The notes under the pieces were generated by a model that had not been told where the DNA came from, searched no databases, and saw only the letters and a program-made list of their open reading frames with translations. Position numbers and translations under genes: made by a program. From a virus, in the IMG/VR virus record IMGVR_UViG_3300010391_000120, positions 5,065 through 69,064 of that record: a stretch of DNA of 64,000 nt; one strand, written 5' to 3'. Below are positions 31,779-43,324 of this stretch, piece by piece; within the stretch, counting starts at the first letter, position 1, and the number at the start of each line of letters is the position of its first letter.

Positions 31779-32591
31779 TTATTTTGTCAAGGGGGTGGAA
31801 TAAATCTGTGTAAGTTTTTTATGATTTTCACTATACCGCCAAAATTCGGCAGGATTTAAAATTTCTATGATTTGTTGTTGACGGATTTCATCTTTCTTTT
31901 TTTGAGAAGGTTTTTCGTGTTTAGGCTCGTCATATTCTACAATAATATTTTTATTTTTATCATAACTATCTAAAAAATATCCATATATTTCTATTTCCCC
32001 ACCATTAAGAGCGTGTTGTAGATTCCATCCTCTTTCTTTATTAAGTTTATCAAAGTATTCGCAGGCTTTTGGATTATAATTAGTATAGGGTTTTATTCTT
32101 TTTTCTTTTATTCTTTTTATTGCCGACAATCTCATTTTATATTTTGATTCGGCCGATGGTTTTATTCCTATGTGAGATTTAGATATTTTCTTTTTTGTTT
32201 CTTCTGTGTGAGATTTGCCATACCAAAAAGATTTGTTTCCTGTTTTTCCATAATTAGGATTATTTTTTCCACTACGATTTTTTCCATACCAAGGATTTTT
32301 TTCTCCTGATATTAGACCTTTATGAGAAATAGATAACTTTAATTTTGTTTCTTTTGTGTGATTTATACCTATATGAGAAATTCCAATTTTTCTTTTATGC
32401 TCTTCCGATTTTAATTTTCCTTTTTTAGAACAACTTCCACAAAGATTTCCTCTTTCTATAGATCTATCTAAATTATATTTTCGGCTATATGATTTTTCTT
32501 TCCCACATTTAGAACATTTATTTATCCATTTCTTTTTGTTTGTAGTATTTTCTAAGTTTTTCTGCTCTAATTCTTTTATTATGTCGTTCAT
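31779..32591 (-). CDS. Putative homing endonuclease (NUMOD3 + EDxHD/Vsr-like), paralog of 13669..14472
   Basis: SEEHKRKIG, HTEETKKKIS, GEKNPWYGK; WNLQHALNGGE...IIVEYDEPKH. Confidence 0.8.
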   Translation of the reverse strand: MNDIIKELEQKNLENTTNKKKWINKCSKCGKEKSYSRKYNLDRSIERGNLCGSCSKKGKLKSEEHKRKIGISHIGINHTKETKLKLSISHKGLISGEKNPWYGKNRSGKNNPNYGKTGNKSFWYGKSHTEETKKKISKSHIGIKPSAESKYKMRLSAIKRIKEKRIKPYTNYNPKACEYFDKLNKERGWNLQHALNGGEIEIYGYFLDSYDKNKNIIVEYDEPKHEKPSQKKKDEIRQQQIIEILNPAEFWRYSENHKKLTQIYSTPLTK

Positions 32592-32664
32592 AAAATCTTC
32601 TTTGTCTAATACGATTTTGTTCTCGTATTTCTTCTTTGGTCCGATTTAATTTTTTGCGCCCCAT
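32518..32664 (-). CDS. 48-aa highly basic peptide overlapping the endonuclease 5' end
   Basis: Manual translation MGRKKLNRTKEEIREQNRIRQRRFYERHNKRIRAEKLRKYYKQKEMDK; TATTTATT motif immediately upstream. Confidence 0.55.
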   Translation of the reverse strand: MGRKKLNRTKEEIREQNRIRQRRFYERHNKRIRAEKLRKYYKQKEMDK

Positions 32665-32923
32665 AGTAATAAATATAACGTTAGGATATAAAACGTTAGA
32701 AAATTATCTCATTATATCATCTTTTGAAAACCATATGAAATCCTTTTCAAAATCATAAAAATGAATACATTCAAAACATTTAGAATATGCTCTAATATAT
32801 TTTCCGCTTTTTAATATAAATGGCTTTCCCCGGAACTCATAATTTATCCATTTCTTTTTTAATTCGTCGGAAATGTGTATATTACCTATACTTCCTGTCA
32901 AATCTATATTATTAGTGATTTCA

Positions 32924-33634
32924 TTATTCATTTTCTACCAACTTCCATTTATACTTTTCATAAGCTTCAGCACACCACGGATATAATTCCTTAAATATAT
33001 CATACATTGCTCGAGCATATATTTGTATTTCTTCTTGAGCATGCTTATCTAATCTTAAAGAGAAAAATCTCATAAGATTGTTCAGGTCCCAATTAGAATA
33101 TATTTCTGTATAGAGATTTTGTGGTAGCACCATTCGAGCCATTTCACGAGCAATACCCGCCTCAATCATTTTCTGATACAAATAATAGCTACTTTCACAA
33201 TGTCTCTTTAAGTCACTTGTAGCATCCACGGTATCACGGCCATAAGAAAGATAAGGTTTCCAATTTTCTTCTTTAACGCTACTTTGTCTATCTTTCGTAT
33301 CTTGTTTTCTCCAAGTATTCGGAATGTAAAACTCATCAATCATTTCAATGTATCTTGCTGATACTTGATTTAATCTTTGTGTTCTATGTCTAACCATTTG
33401 AGCTTGGACAAATAGTGGAAGTTTAATGTTATAAATAACTGAACATTGCTCAAAGGGAGAAGTGTGTCTATGCTTCCACAGATAAAATAATAGTTTCTTG
33501 TCTGCTTCATCGCCTTTTGATGGTGATTTATATGATATTCTGGCTGCTTCTACTATTCTCTTATCAGTTCCAAAATGGTCAATAAGGCGAACAAAACCTT
33601 TATCTAAAACATTTATAGTATAACCCTTTTTCAT
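32924..33634 (-). CDS. thyX: FAD-dependent thymidylate synthase
   Basis: AARISY, HTSPFEQ, QMVRHR...NQVSARY, AREMARMVLP, LR...HAQ.EI. Confidence 0.95.
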   Translation of the reverse strand: MKKGYTINVLDKGFVRLIDHFGTDKRIVEAARISYKSPSKGDEADKKLLFYLWKHRHTSPFEQCSVIYNIKLPLFVQAQMVRHRTQRLNQVSARYIEMIDEFYIPNTWRKQDTKDRQSSVKEENWKPYLSYGRDTVDATSDLKRHCESSYYLYQKMIEAGIAREMARMVLPQNLYTEIYSNWDLNNLMRFFSLRLDKHAQEEIQIYARAMYDIFKELYPWCAEAYEKYKWKLVENE

Positions 33635-33642
33635 GTTATAAA

Positions 33643-35928
<2,286 letters not shown>

Positions 35929-35971
35929 ATATTACTATACCATGAGTTTTTCTAATGTCAAGGGGGTGTGA

Positions 35972-37846
35972 TTAGATTTCTTCTTTTACAACGGGGGCCT
36001 TACCAAATCCAACACCAGCTCTAAAACCTTTCGGACCTTTCTTGTAATCACTACTGCTGATTTTAACATCCGTCATTTCACGAAGCCTCTCAACGGCATC
36101 AAAGAATGGCATTTCAAAGCACATAACTGATATTACTAATTCAGCACAAGCAGCAAATGAAAATCCTTCTGTAGCATTTACCCATTTCTTTAACTCATGT
36201 CCGTCAATTTTGAGTTTCTTTTCAAAATACATTTTACGAACCTTATCAGGCGGCATGTCAATTTCCATTACTCTATCAAATCGCCTTGGGCGAGCAATAA
36301 GTCGTGGATCAAGCTTTTCTGGATAGTTTGTTGTATTATGTTGAAACAATCCTTCCCCAATAAATGTTTTGGTTGTTGTACTAAGAGCTACGACTGGCCC
36401 ATTGCCAATTTTTTTCACTGAAACTACTTTTTCATACATACAATTTCCACCTATCCTAACATCTTCCCAAGCATCTTTTAATCGTGGATGATTTAATAAT
36501 CTTATCGGTCTGAGAGATCCAAGAAGTCTAAGACTTCCCCATCTTCCACCATTTATTTGTAAATCGTGAATTTGTTTGTAAAATTCAGATTTTGGAACTA
36601 ATCCGCCTCCACTACATCTTTCTTTTTTTCTTTTATAAGTAGCAAAATCAAAGTTTCGATTTTTTAATAATGATTCCATAACACCGATTAAAGGTCCTTC
36701 CGATTGAGTCCAACAGGCTTTAAATGTGTGTCTTTTGGATGATGATACCGAAATATTTAGTGATCCTTCAGCGTCAAACTGACCAGCTAAATATCCACCT
36801 TCATATGAAGTATCCAATTTCCACGGCTTTCCCGATGAAACAATACAATCTCCTATCTCCATCTCATCAACATATTTCCACACATGAGATTTATTTTTTC
36901 CTCGTTTTATTAGAAAGGGATGTTTTTCGCTTACTATAATATTTGTTCCAGAATCAGTTATTATTTGAAATCTAGGTTTTGTTATTATTCCAGTAGATGT
37001 TACCTTCGCCGTTCTATATTTACGTCCTAATCGTTCTTTAACATGCCATCCACATATAGCATTTTCATCAAAAGCAATAAGTTCATCTCCAACTTTTAAG
37101 TCTCCTGCTGGCTGCCAAGTTAAATCGGTTTTTAGAATTAATGTTTCTGGTGCTGGGCACGCTATATTTAATACCTTATCAATTTGATTTTCTCCGTCGA
37201 GTAAAGTTAAAATTTCGTCCTCCCCGTATTCGTCAACAATCGCATCAATATCTTCAAATAAACACACTACAGGTCTGTCTGGCTCTACCTTGCGGTAATT
37301 TGCTAATCCATCATTAAATACGCTTGGATGGTTGGTGCATTGAAATACTAATCCATCCGAATTGACAATATCGGCAATAATCTGTTGAACCAAACAAGTT
37401 TTACCTGATCCAGCAGGTCCGTGTAATAGATACCCACGGCGATGTAAGAAACCGTGAAACTTAAACTTGTCGCCTTTGTTCCAGAATATGGTTATCTCTT
37501 TTAGAATCTTATCTGAAACCGAATCAGGGAACCTAAGTAAATCATCTACACAAATAGTCTTACGCTCGAATACAATGCCATGGTTCTGACTCGCATAGAT
37601 ATTATAAATACCTTTCTCTAATTTAGGAAAGGTAAATGAAACTGGTTTGTAGGTATTAGGTCCACAAATTGACCATTGAACTAAAGCAGTTATATCGCCT
37701 GTTTTCCCATTTTTAGGATGGGCAGGGTCGCCATATCCTTGATTAAAAGTTCCTGCTGGTGGTGGGGTTTTACTTTCTTTAGCAGAAAGATCGGAAACAT
37801 TTTTACCGAATTTTTCTAAGCCGCTATCAGAATCAATTATCTTCAT
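35972..37846 (-). CDS. AAA+ ATPase (BCS1-like) containing an intein
   Basis: RRGYLLHGPAGSGKT, LFEDID, LTLLDG, (A)TTNYPEKLDPRLIARPRRFD. Confidence 0.9.
   Translation of the reverse strand: MKIIDSDSGLEKFGKNVSDLSAKESKTPPPAGTFNQGYGDPAHPKNGKTGDITALVQWSICGPNTYKPVSFTFPKLEKGIYNIYASQNHGIVFERKTICVDDLLRFPDSVSDKILKEITIFWNKGDKFKFHGFLHRRGYLLHGPAGSGKTCLVQQIIADIVNSDGLVFQCTNHPSVFNDGLANYRKVEPDRPVVCLFEDIDAIVDEYGEDEILTLLDGENQIDKVLNIACPAPETLILKTDLTWQPAGDLKVGDELIAFDENAICGWHVKERLGRKYRTAKVTSTGIITKPRFQIITDSGTNIIVSEKHPFLIKRGKNKSHVWKYVDEMEIGDCIVSSGKPWKLDTSYEGGYLAGQFDAEGSLNISVSSSKRHTFKACWTQSEGPLIGVMESLLKNRNFDFATYKRKKERCSGGGLVPKSEFYKQIHDLQINGGRWGSLRLLGSLRPIRLLNHPRLKDAWEDVRIGGNCMYEKVVSVKKIGNGPVVALSTTTKTFIGEGLFQHNTTNYPEKLDPRLIARPRRFDRVMEIDMPPDKVRKMYFEKKLKIDGHELKKWVNATEGFSFAACAELVISVMCFEMPFFDAVERLREMTDVKISSSDYKKGPKGFRAGVGFGKAPVVKEEI
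36335..37159 (-). mobile_element. Intein (275 aa) with LAGLIDADG-type endonuclease
   Basis: Begins C(PAPETLILK...DLKVGDEL), block B VSEKHPF, YLAGQFDAEGS, ends FIGEGLFQHN before +1 Thr; excision restores LNIA-TTNYP. Confidence 0.92.
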
Positions 37847-38264
37847 AAGGTGTATAACAAATTGGTTTTAATTTTACCAACCAATTATAACACCTATGGG
37901 GGGGATTGTCAAGAAGTTTGGTTAATTTCTTGAAAAATTTGGTTGGCCAAAATTAGAAACTGCTTTTATCCATTCGATATCCGCTTGTTCTTTTGTACAA
38001 TGCGTTTTATTCATTATTCGTTCGATGAATATTTGATAAAGTTCTTTCAGTTTTTTCTGTAATTCTGGTGATGTATTATGAAAAGCTAGATTATTCCAAA
38101 TATCATCATTCTCTCTGACTTTTTTCGGCTTACGCATTTTATTCTTGGTAGGCTTATTCTTGGTGATTTTAACCTTTTGCTTTTTGGGTTTTCGCATTTT
38201 ATACTTCTCGGTGAGAATTTCCAGAAGCAATTTTGCCAGTTGAGTTTTATTAGGAATCATATTA

Positions 38265-38812
38265 TTACATTGCCACATCGGCACCTTCAAAGTATTTTTT
38301 AATAGCCAGTTTACAACAGACAGGATTAAAATTATATTTTGAGATGTATTCGTCTAACATTTTTTCTATTTCTTCTTTGCTTTTCCCACTATTTTTCGTG
38401 TTTTTTACAGCAAAGTCCGCCTTAAACATTTCATGCTTAAAATCTTCTCTGTTTTTTGGCTTGGAAGTATCTTTAGTGGTATCATAGCTTCTTCCTGAAA
38501 ACTCTCCTTCTGGAGAATATCCAGTTTCTCTTTCAGCGTATTCATCATCCGGACCACTTTCTGCTTCAAAGGTTCCGGGTGCTACCTTCTTAATAAGTTT
38601 ATTAAAATCTAGTTTATTTAATGCCCAATTAACATGAGGCATCAAATCATCACCATATTTTCCAGCAAACTTTTTCTTGACTAATGAGAGTAATACTTTT
38701 CTTGTAAATGGTTCTTCTTCATCTTCCGCAAATAAATCAATTAGATAGTTTTCTATATCTGTTGTTAATGCTCGTCTTTTGGTTTTTCTTCGCGTGGAAC
38801 TTCAATAGCCAT
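38265..38812 (-). CDS. Hypothetical protein, apparently frameshifted near 38770
   Basis: ATG 38812 (after TATTTATA) reads MAIEVPREEKPKDEH*; the -1 frame LTTDIENYLIDLFAED... is continuous with 38265..38645. Confidence 0.5.
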
Positions 38813-39122
38813 ATTATTATAAATATGTAGAAATAAAGCAAATCCTTCTCTTATATAGAGAGGGGGGTAGCCCCCCCCCTTAATCTAAATCTCTACATCG
38901 CAGATCATCTTCTGCTAACCCAACGCTAAGAAAATAATCAGCTACAGCATCATAAGCTAATTTGTCTATGACACCGCCTTCAATTTGGGCATCGCAATTA
39001 GGACAACATTCATCAACTATATGATAATCATTAGGACTTTCCGCACTGATTATGAGAGTTGCTTCAGATTCACAATAAGGGCAGTAATATGCCACACTTA
39101 CTTCTTCATTCATAATGTTCCT

Positions 39123-39416
39123 TTATTCATTTTCTACTTTAACTGAACTTGGTTTTGATACTATTTTTGCTCCTCTTACCCCATTAACTTGATCCCCAAC
39201 ATCTGCCCAATCTTCGGCAAATAGGAGAGTAAGATTAACATAAGTTTTACCATCGCCAAATCGAATGACATATTCAGCTTGCTTTTTTTCCTTATCATTA
39301 GTAGATTGATTTTTACAAACTACAACAGCTTTCGTTCCCCAAAAGTCTCCTTGGGGAGAACAACTGGTCAGAAACAGGCACAGAGATAGCAGTGGTATTA
39401 GATATAATATTTTCAT
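39123..39416 (-). CDS. Putative lipoprotein
   Basis: MKILYLIPLLSLCLFLTSC lipobox. Confidence 0.7.
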   Translation of the reverse strand: MKILYLIPLLSLCLFLTSCSPQGDFWGTKAVVVCKNQSTNDKEKKQAEYVIRFGDGKTYVNLTLLFAEDWADVGDQVNGVRGAKIVSKPSSVKVENE

Positions 39417-40112
39417 AAATTACTTTTTTAACGATATTTTCTTTTTGATAGATCTATTTAACTCCTCAATAAAAGGCATCATTTTTTGTAATCTTTCTAA
39501 GTCTGCTTCGTGAGCAGTTTTTTCGTATCATTATTTTTATTTGTTTTCATAAACTCCTTTATAAGCCGCTATGTATAATGTTTACCCGGAATGGGTCGCT
39601 TTCCACAGCATCAATCTGGCAATTTGGTTTTTATAATCCTTTCTGCTTTTTCTTTAGTTATAATCTTTGCTCCAATGTCCTTTACCTCTTTTAATGTATA
39701 ATCCAATCCTCTAACATTTCCATAATGTAATGAATATCCTTTTTGTCCGTTTAATGGAAAGCAGAAGATAAACTGATAATCAAGATTGTAGTAATATTGC
39801 GTCATTTGTTTCAGGTATAATTGATGTCCTTGGCCTTTATTTCCTTGAGTCTATAGGTGGTATGTTTCGCTAAACCCCCTAATTGACCACGCATTATGTA
39901 AGGGGCGATTTCCCCATTTATATATTCAACAGCGTAGTATTTCTCCCCTTCCCTAAAAATGTCTCTGGTATAGTTATTCCCGTTGTCATCGTTTTCGCAG
40001 TAGTCAGTAATAACATGCTGTGCTCCTTTTATCCATTTCTTGATTTTTTGTAATGTCATAGAACATTGGAGAAGTATTTTTTTGTCTCTTTTCTCCCTTT
40101 CCTTATGATAAC

Positions 40113-40303
40113 AGAATATCACGTTTTCTTATAATGTCAATGGAGAAGTGGCCAAAAAAAGGCATTTTGTTGGTTTTCTTAGGAAAATGAAGGATTTTTG
40201 TGGTCATTTTTAGCCATTTGCTGTAGATTAAAGACACTTTCTGGATACAGGATATAGAAAAAAGTTGATGGTCCCTTGACATTTTTGGTTTCTGATGTAT
40301 AAT
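40113..40303. promoter_or_regulatory. Divergent sigma70-type promoters at the major strand switch
   Basis: - strand TTGACA(40140-35)-16-TATTCT; + strand TTGACA(40276-81)-16-TATAAT(40298-303). Confidence 0.75.
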
Positions 40304-40575
40304 GGTCTTAGAATGAGTGATAAGACAAGATTTCAAGATACACCAAGGGAGTTGCGGATTAGGTTGAAATGCTCTCTTAAACTCTCTAGTATGGGAGATA
40401 TTAGATTCTTTCACGAAAAAACCGAAGGTGGTAAACAGGTTTTGACGGCTACATTGAGCAGCGACAGAGAAACCCTTGATGTTTCTCTATTTATGGATAG
40501 AATTAAGAAACTTGCTGCGGACTCAAAAACTTGATATTTTTTGTTTTTGAGATATAGTTATTGATATAATTTTAT

Positions 40576-40651
40576 GAGGCAGTAACTCAGTTGGTAGAGT
40601 GCCATCCTTCCAAGTTGGCTGTCGTCGGTTCGAGCCCGATCTGCCTCTCCA
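40576..40651 (+). tRNA. tRNA-Gly(TCC)
   Basis: Cloverleaf: GAGGCAG/CTGCCTC acceptor, loop CT-TCC-AA, TTCGA, encoded CCA. Confidence 0.93.
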
Positions 40652-40656
40652 TTTAA

Positions 40657-40730
40657 GCGGGATTGGTTTAGTGGTAGAACAGGAAATTGCCAATTTTCAG
40701 GCGGGATTTCGATTATCCCATCCCGCACCA
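40657..40730 (+). tRNA. tRNA-Gly(GCC)
   Basis: GCGGGAT/ATCCCGC acceptor, loop TT-GCC-AA, TTCGA, CCA. Confidence 0.9.
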
Positions 40731-40961
40731 CTTTAATAAAATTAAGAAGTAAAGTTTTATCATTTTTGAGGAAACACTTTGGGTGCTCATTAAAAGTAGA
40801 TTATTGTGATAAAAGATTTAATGAGTGGTTAGAAGATTTAGAAAAATATAAAACCAATTTTTTGAATAAATGGAGAAATATTCCTAAATCGCCTTCAATT
40901 ATCCCCATTCTTCTCAATCCTCATTCTCTTAATAGTCCTTTTATATAAAATGATTAGGCAG

Positions 40962-40989
40962 TTGACATTTTCTAAACCTGTGATATACT
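40962..40989 (+). promoter_or_regulatory. Early promoter upstream of tRNA-Cys
   Basis: TTGACA-16-(TGA)TATACT. Confidence 0.8.
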
Positions 40990-41015
40990 TATTGTGAGAG
41001 TGAGAGATTTTAGAT

Positions 41016-41091
41016 GGGTCAGTTGCCAAATGGGAAGGCGGCTGTCTGCAAAACAGCGATTGAGTTAGTTCGATTCTAACCTGGCCCTCCA
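41016..41091 (+). tRNA. tRNA-Cys(GCA)
   Basis: GGGTCAG/CTGGCCC acceptor, GCTGT-CT-GCA-AA-ACAGC, U73, CCA. Confidence 0.92.
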
Positions 41092-41100
41092 GATTTGAAT

Positions 41101-41176
41101 GGTGGTATTAGTGTAAGGGTTAGCACTTTAGCTTGTGGAGCTGAAAGAACCAGTTCGAGCCTGGTATGCCACCCCA
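41101..41176 (+). tRNA. tRNA-His(GTG)
   Basis: G-1:C73, GTGGTAT/ATGCCAC, loop TT-GTG-GA, CCA. Confidence 0.93.
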
Positions 41177-41180
41177 ATTA

Positions 41181-41361
41181 CGTCGCGGTCTTAGAGGATA
41201 ACGGCAAAGCATCAATGGCGTTTTAGAGAGCAGTAGGTGGAAAGTTCGATCTAAAACGATTACAGCGATACGTCAGGTGGCAACCTGGGGTAGTTACGTG
41301 AGCCGCCCTTTAATGCTAGTTGTATGTTAAGACACGGGTGCGATCCCCGAAGCGACGATCA
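41181..41361 (+). ncRNA. ~180-nt structured RNA with tRNA/tmRNA-like 3' end
   Basis: CGTCGC/GCGACG terminal stem, GTCTTA/TAAGAC, T-arm-like CGGG-TGCGATC-CCCG, internal CGTTTTAGA/TCTAAAACG and CAGGT/ACCTG. Confidence 0.6.
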
Positions 41362-41365
41362 GTTT

Positions 41366-41444
41366 GCGGAAACAGCATAAATTACTAGATTCATTACTAT
41401 AGTACGTTGCTAGTTATGAATTATAGAGTTAGGGTCGCTACCGC
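41366..41444 (+). ncRNA. Possible small hairpin RNA within the tRNA array
   Basis: GCGG/CCGC ends, ATTCATTACTA/TAGTTATGAAT imperfect stem. Confidence 0.3.
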
Positions 41445-41454
41445 CTTTGATTTT

Positions 41455-41547
41455 GGGCCTGTAGCTGAAAGACAGCCGGTTGCCTTATAAACAACTTAAT
41501 CGCTAGATTGGCGTAAGACTCAGGAGCGTTACCTGACAGGCCTACCA
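41455..41547 (+). tRNA. Atypical tRNA, anticodon TAT (Ile), long variable arm
   Basis: GGGCCTG/CAGGCCT acceptor, GTTGC-CT-TAT-AA-ACAAC, CGCTA/TGGCG variable stem, T-loop AGCGTTA, ACCA. Confidence 0.7.
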
Positions 41548-41555
41548 TATTTATT

Positions 41556-41668
41556 GGGCCAGTGGCGAAAATAGTTAAACGCACCAGAGACCCTGGGATC
41601 AAAATGTGAAGGGTGTGCTTCGTTAAAGTTTTGATTATGTATAGGTGTAATTCCTATCTGGTCCACCA
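41556..41668 (+). ncRNA. tRNA-like RNA with truncated anticodon arm and very long variable arm
   Basis: GGGCCAG/CTGGTCC-ACCA, Leu-type D-arm GCG..CGC, CCAG-AGACC-CTGG, GATCAAAA/TTTTGATT arm, ATAGG-TGTAATT-CCTAT. Confidence 0.7.
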
Positions 41669-42119
41669 ATTTAAGTATGAACGCTGAAAAATGTGATTGT
41701 TTGGCGAACTTTATGAAAGCCCAACGAGATATAATATCTCGGCATTTGGACGAACATAAGTATTTACGGCATATTGACGATAAAGAGGAAGCGGTTAGTA
41801 CATTTATTGAAGATTACGGATGGTTGATCCGGGAAATGTATTGTGTAAATATTTGTGGAAAGCGAACCACTTGTGAAATTGCCAATAAATTAAGTGCTAG
41901 TGGAGATTTATTAAGAGATCATGTTAAATAGGCCAAGAAATTATGACTGTGTAGAATGCTCTCATAATACGCATCCTAGAAATATGAAAATGGATTATGA
42001 AACCGAGGAGCAATTTCAAGCGAGAGAAGAAGCCCGAAAGCGGGATGAAGAGCGGAAGAAAAGTTTAGAAAAAGAGGCAGACAAGGCCATATCCGATTGG
42101 ATTAAATCTTGTTCATAAT

Positions 42120-42208
42120 GCTACCATGGCGGAACTAGGCAGACGCAGAAGTTTTAAGAACTTTTTCCTGTAATGGGAGTGTGGGTTCAATTCCCTCTGG
42201 TAGCACCA
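42120..42208 (+). tRNA. tRNA-Leu(TAA)
   Basis: GCTACCA/TGGTAGC, loop TT-TAA-GA, variable arm, TTCAA, ACCA. Confidence 0.92.
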
Positions 42209-42210
42209 AT

Positions 42211-42328
42211 TTTAATGGGTAACGGTGTGTGATTGAAAAATTACGCATGGCTGCTTAAAGCTGAAATGGCAAGGCGGTATATCCGAGGGTTATAGGCCCG
42301 AGACCCGCCAGCAAATGTGCCCATTAAA
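42211..42328 (+). ncRNA. Structured non-tRNA RNA between the two tRNA-Leu genes
   Basis: TTTAATGGG/CCCATTAAA closing stem, TGTGTGATT-GAAA-AATTACGCA hairpin, GGCGG/CCGCC enclosing GGGT/GCCC. Confidence 0.55.
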
Positions 42329-42331
42329 AAT

Positions 42332-42415
42332 GCCACCGTGGCGAAATTGGTAAACGCGGCAGTCTCAAAAATTGCTGGAGAAATCCTTGAAGCTTCAAGA
42401 CTTCCGGTGGCACCA
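42332..42415 (+). tRNA. tRNA-Leu(CAA)
   Basis: GCCACCG/CGGTGGC, GCAGT-CT-CAA-AA-ATTGC, variable arm, ACCA. Confidence 0.9.
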
Positions 42416-43239
42416 ATTTTTTATTGACTTTTAACAAAAATGTGGTATAATACATTATGACAAAGCAACAAAAAGAAATATTAGAATACAAGAGGGAAAT
42501 TAAAAAACTCAAAAGGGATAACTTTCTTCTAAAGGAAAAGGTTAAGAAACTGGAGAGGGAAAATCTATTAGAATTGGCTAATCAACGTACTGATTATAGG
42601 GGTGCTATTGATAGAATTGTTGAACTGGAGAAGGAAAATCTAAAGTTAGATGATAAATTAGACAAAGCAGCCCCAGTTAGAAAACAAAAATACTAATATG
42701 AAAAAGTCAAGTGCTTTGATATGACGATTCCAATAGAAAATCAGATTTTAATGGTTTTATATACATTAGGATTGATATGAAAAACTGGTATGATACGAAT
42801 TATCCACGGGATTCTAGGGTTATATGCGTAGTTAAGTCTAATAAAGAGATAGTAGGCAAAGTGCTTATAGAGGATGAAGATTCCTATGTATTTCTTTCAG
42901 AGTTAATCTCAAAAGCAGGTGACTGCGAATTAGATTACGAAATTAGTCAATAAGAAAGATTGACATTCTGAAATTGTGTAGTATATTTACTACTATGAAT
43001 GAATTGACGCAATTAAAAGTAAAAGATGAAACCACTGGTAAGATTTATCGCCTTATTGGTTTTTCTGTCGGAGGCGATGATCGTGCCGGTTTTCCAGTAA
43101 ATCAAATTATACTATATAATGATGCTGACCGAATACGAATTACAGTAAATGACCCTCTGGAAATGAAGCGGTTGACCCTTATCAGGGAGTAAGTTGACAT
43201 TTTTCTGCCTTGTGATATACTTATAGGGTAGGTTTTAAT

Positions 43240-43317
43240 GCAGCCGAGGCACGAATTGGATTAGGCTCCTGTCCTCTAAACAGGCTTTAGTGGGTTCGAC
43301 TCCCGCCGGCTGTACCA
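43240..43317 (+). tRNA. tRNA-Arg(TCT), atypical (C33, weak D-stem)
   Basis: GCAGCCG/CGGCTGT, CCTGT-CC-TCT-AA-ACAGG, D-loop AATTGGATTA with A20, TTCGA, ACCA. Confidence 0.75.
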
Positions 43318-43324
43318 TTTTTAA

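Noticed and set aside
41181-41361. Canonical tmRNA
   Set aside because: Too short, no G3:U70, no CCA and no evident tag frame; kept as an unclassified ncRNA
42324-42512. ORF 42324..42512 (-) and the 5' part of ORF 43366..43794
   Set aside because: They overlap tRNA genes; the latter more plausibly starts at ATG 43435
43240-43317. Amber suppressor/Pyl-like tRNA (CTCTAAA contains CTA)
   Set aside because: The best 5-bp stem CCTGT/ACAGG centres TCT in a 7-nt loop and the D-loop has the Arg A20; TAG is used as a normal stop
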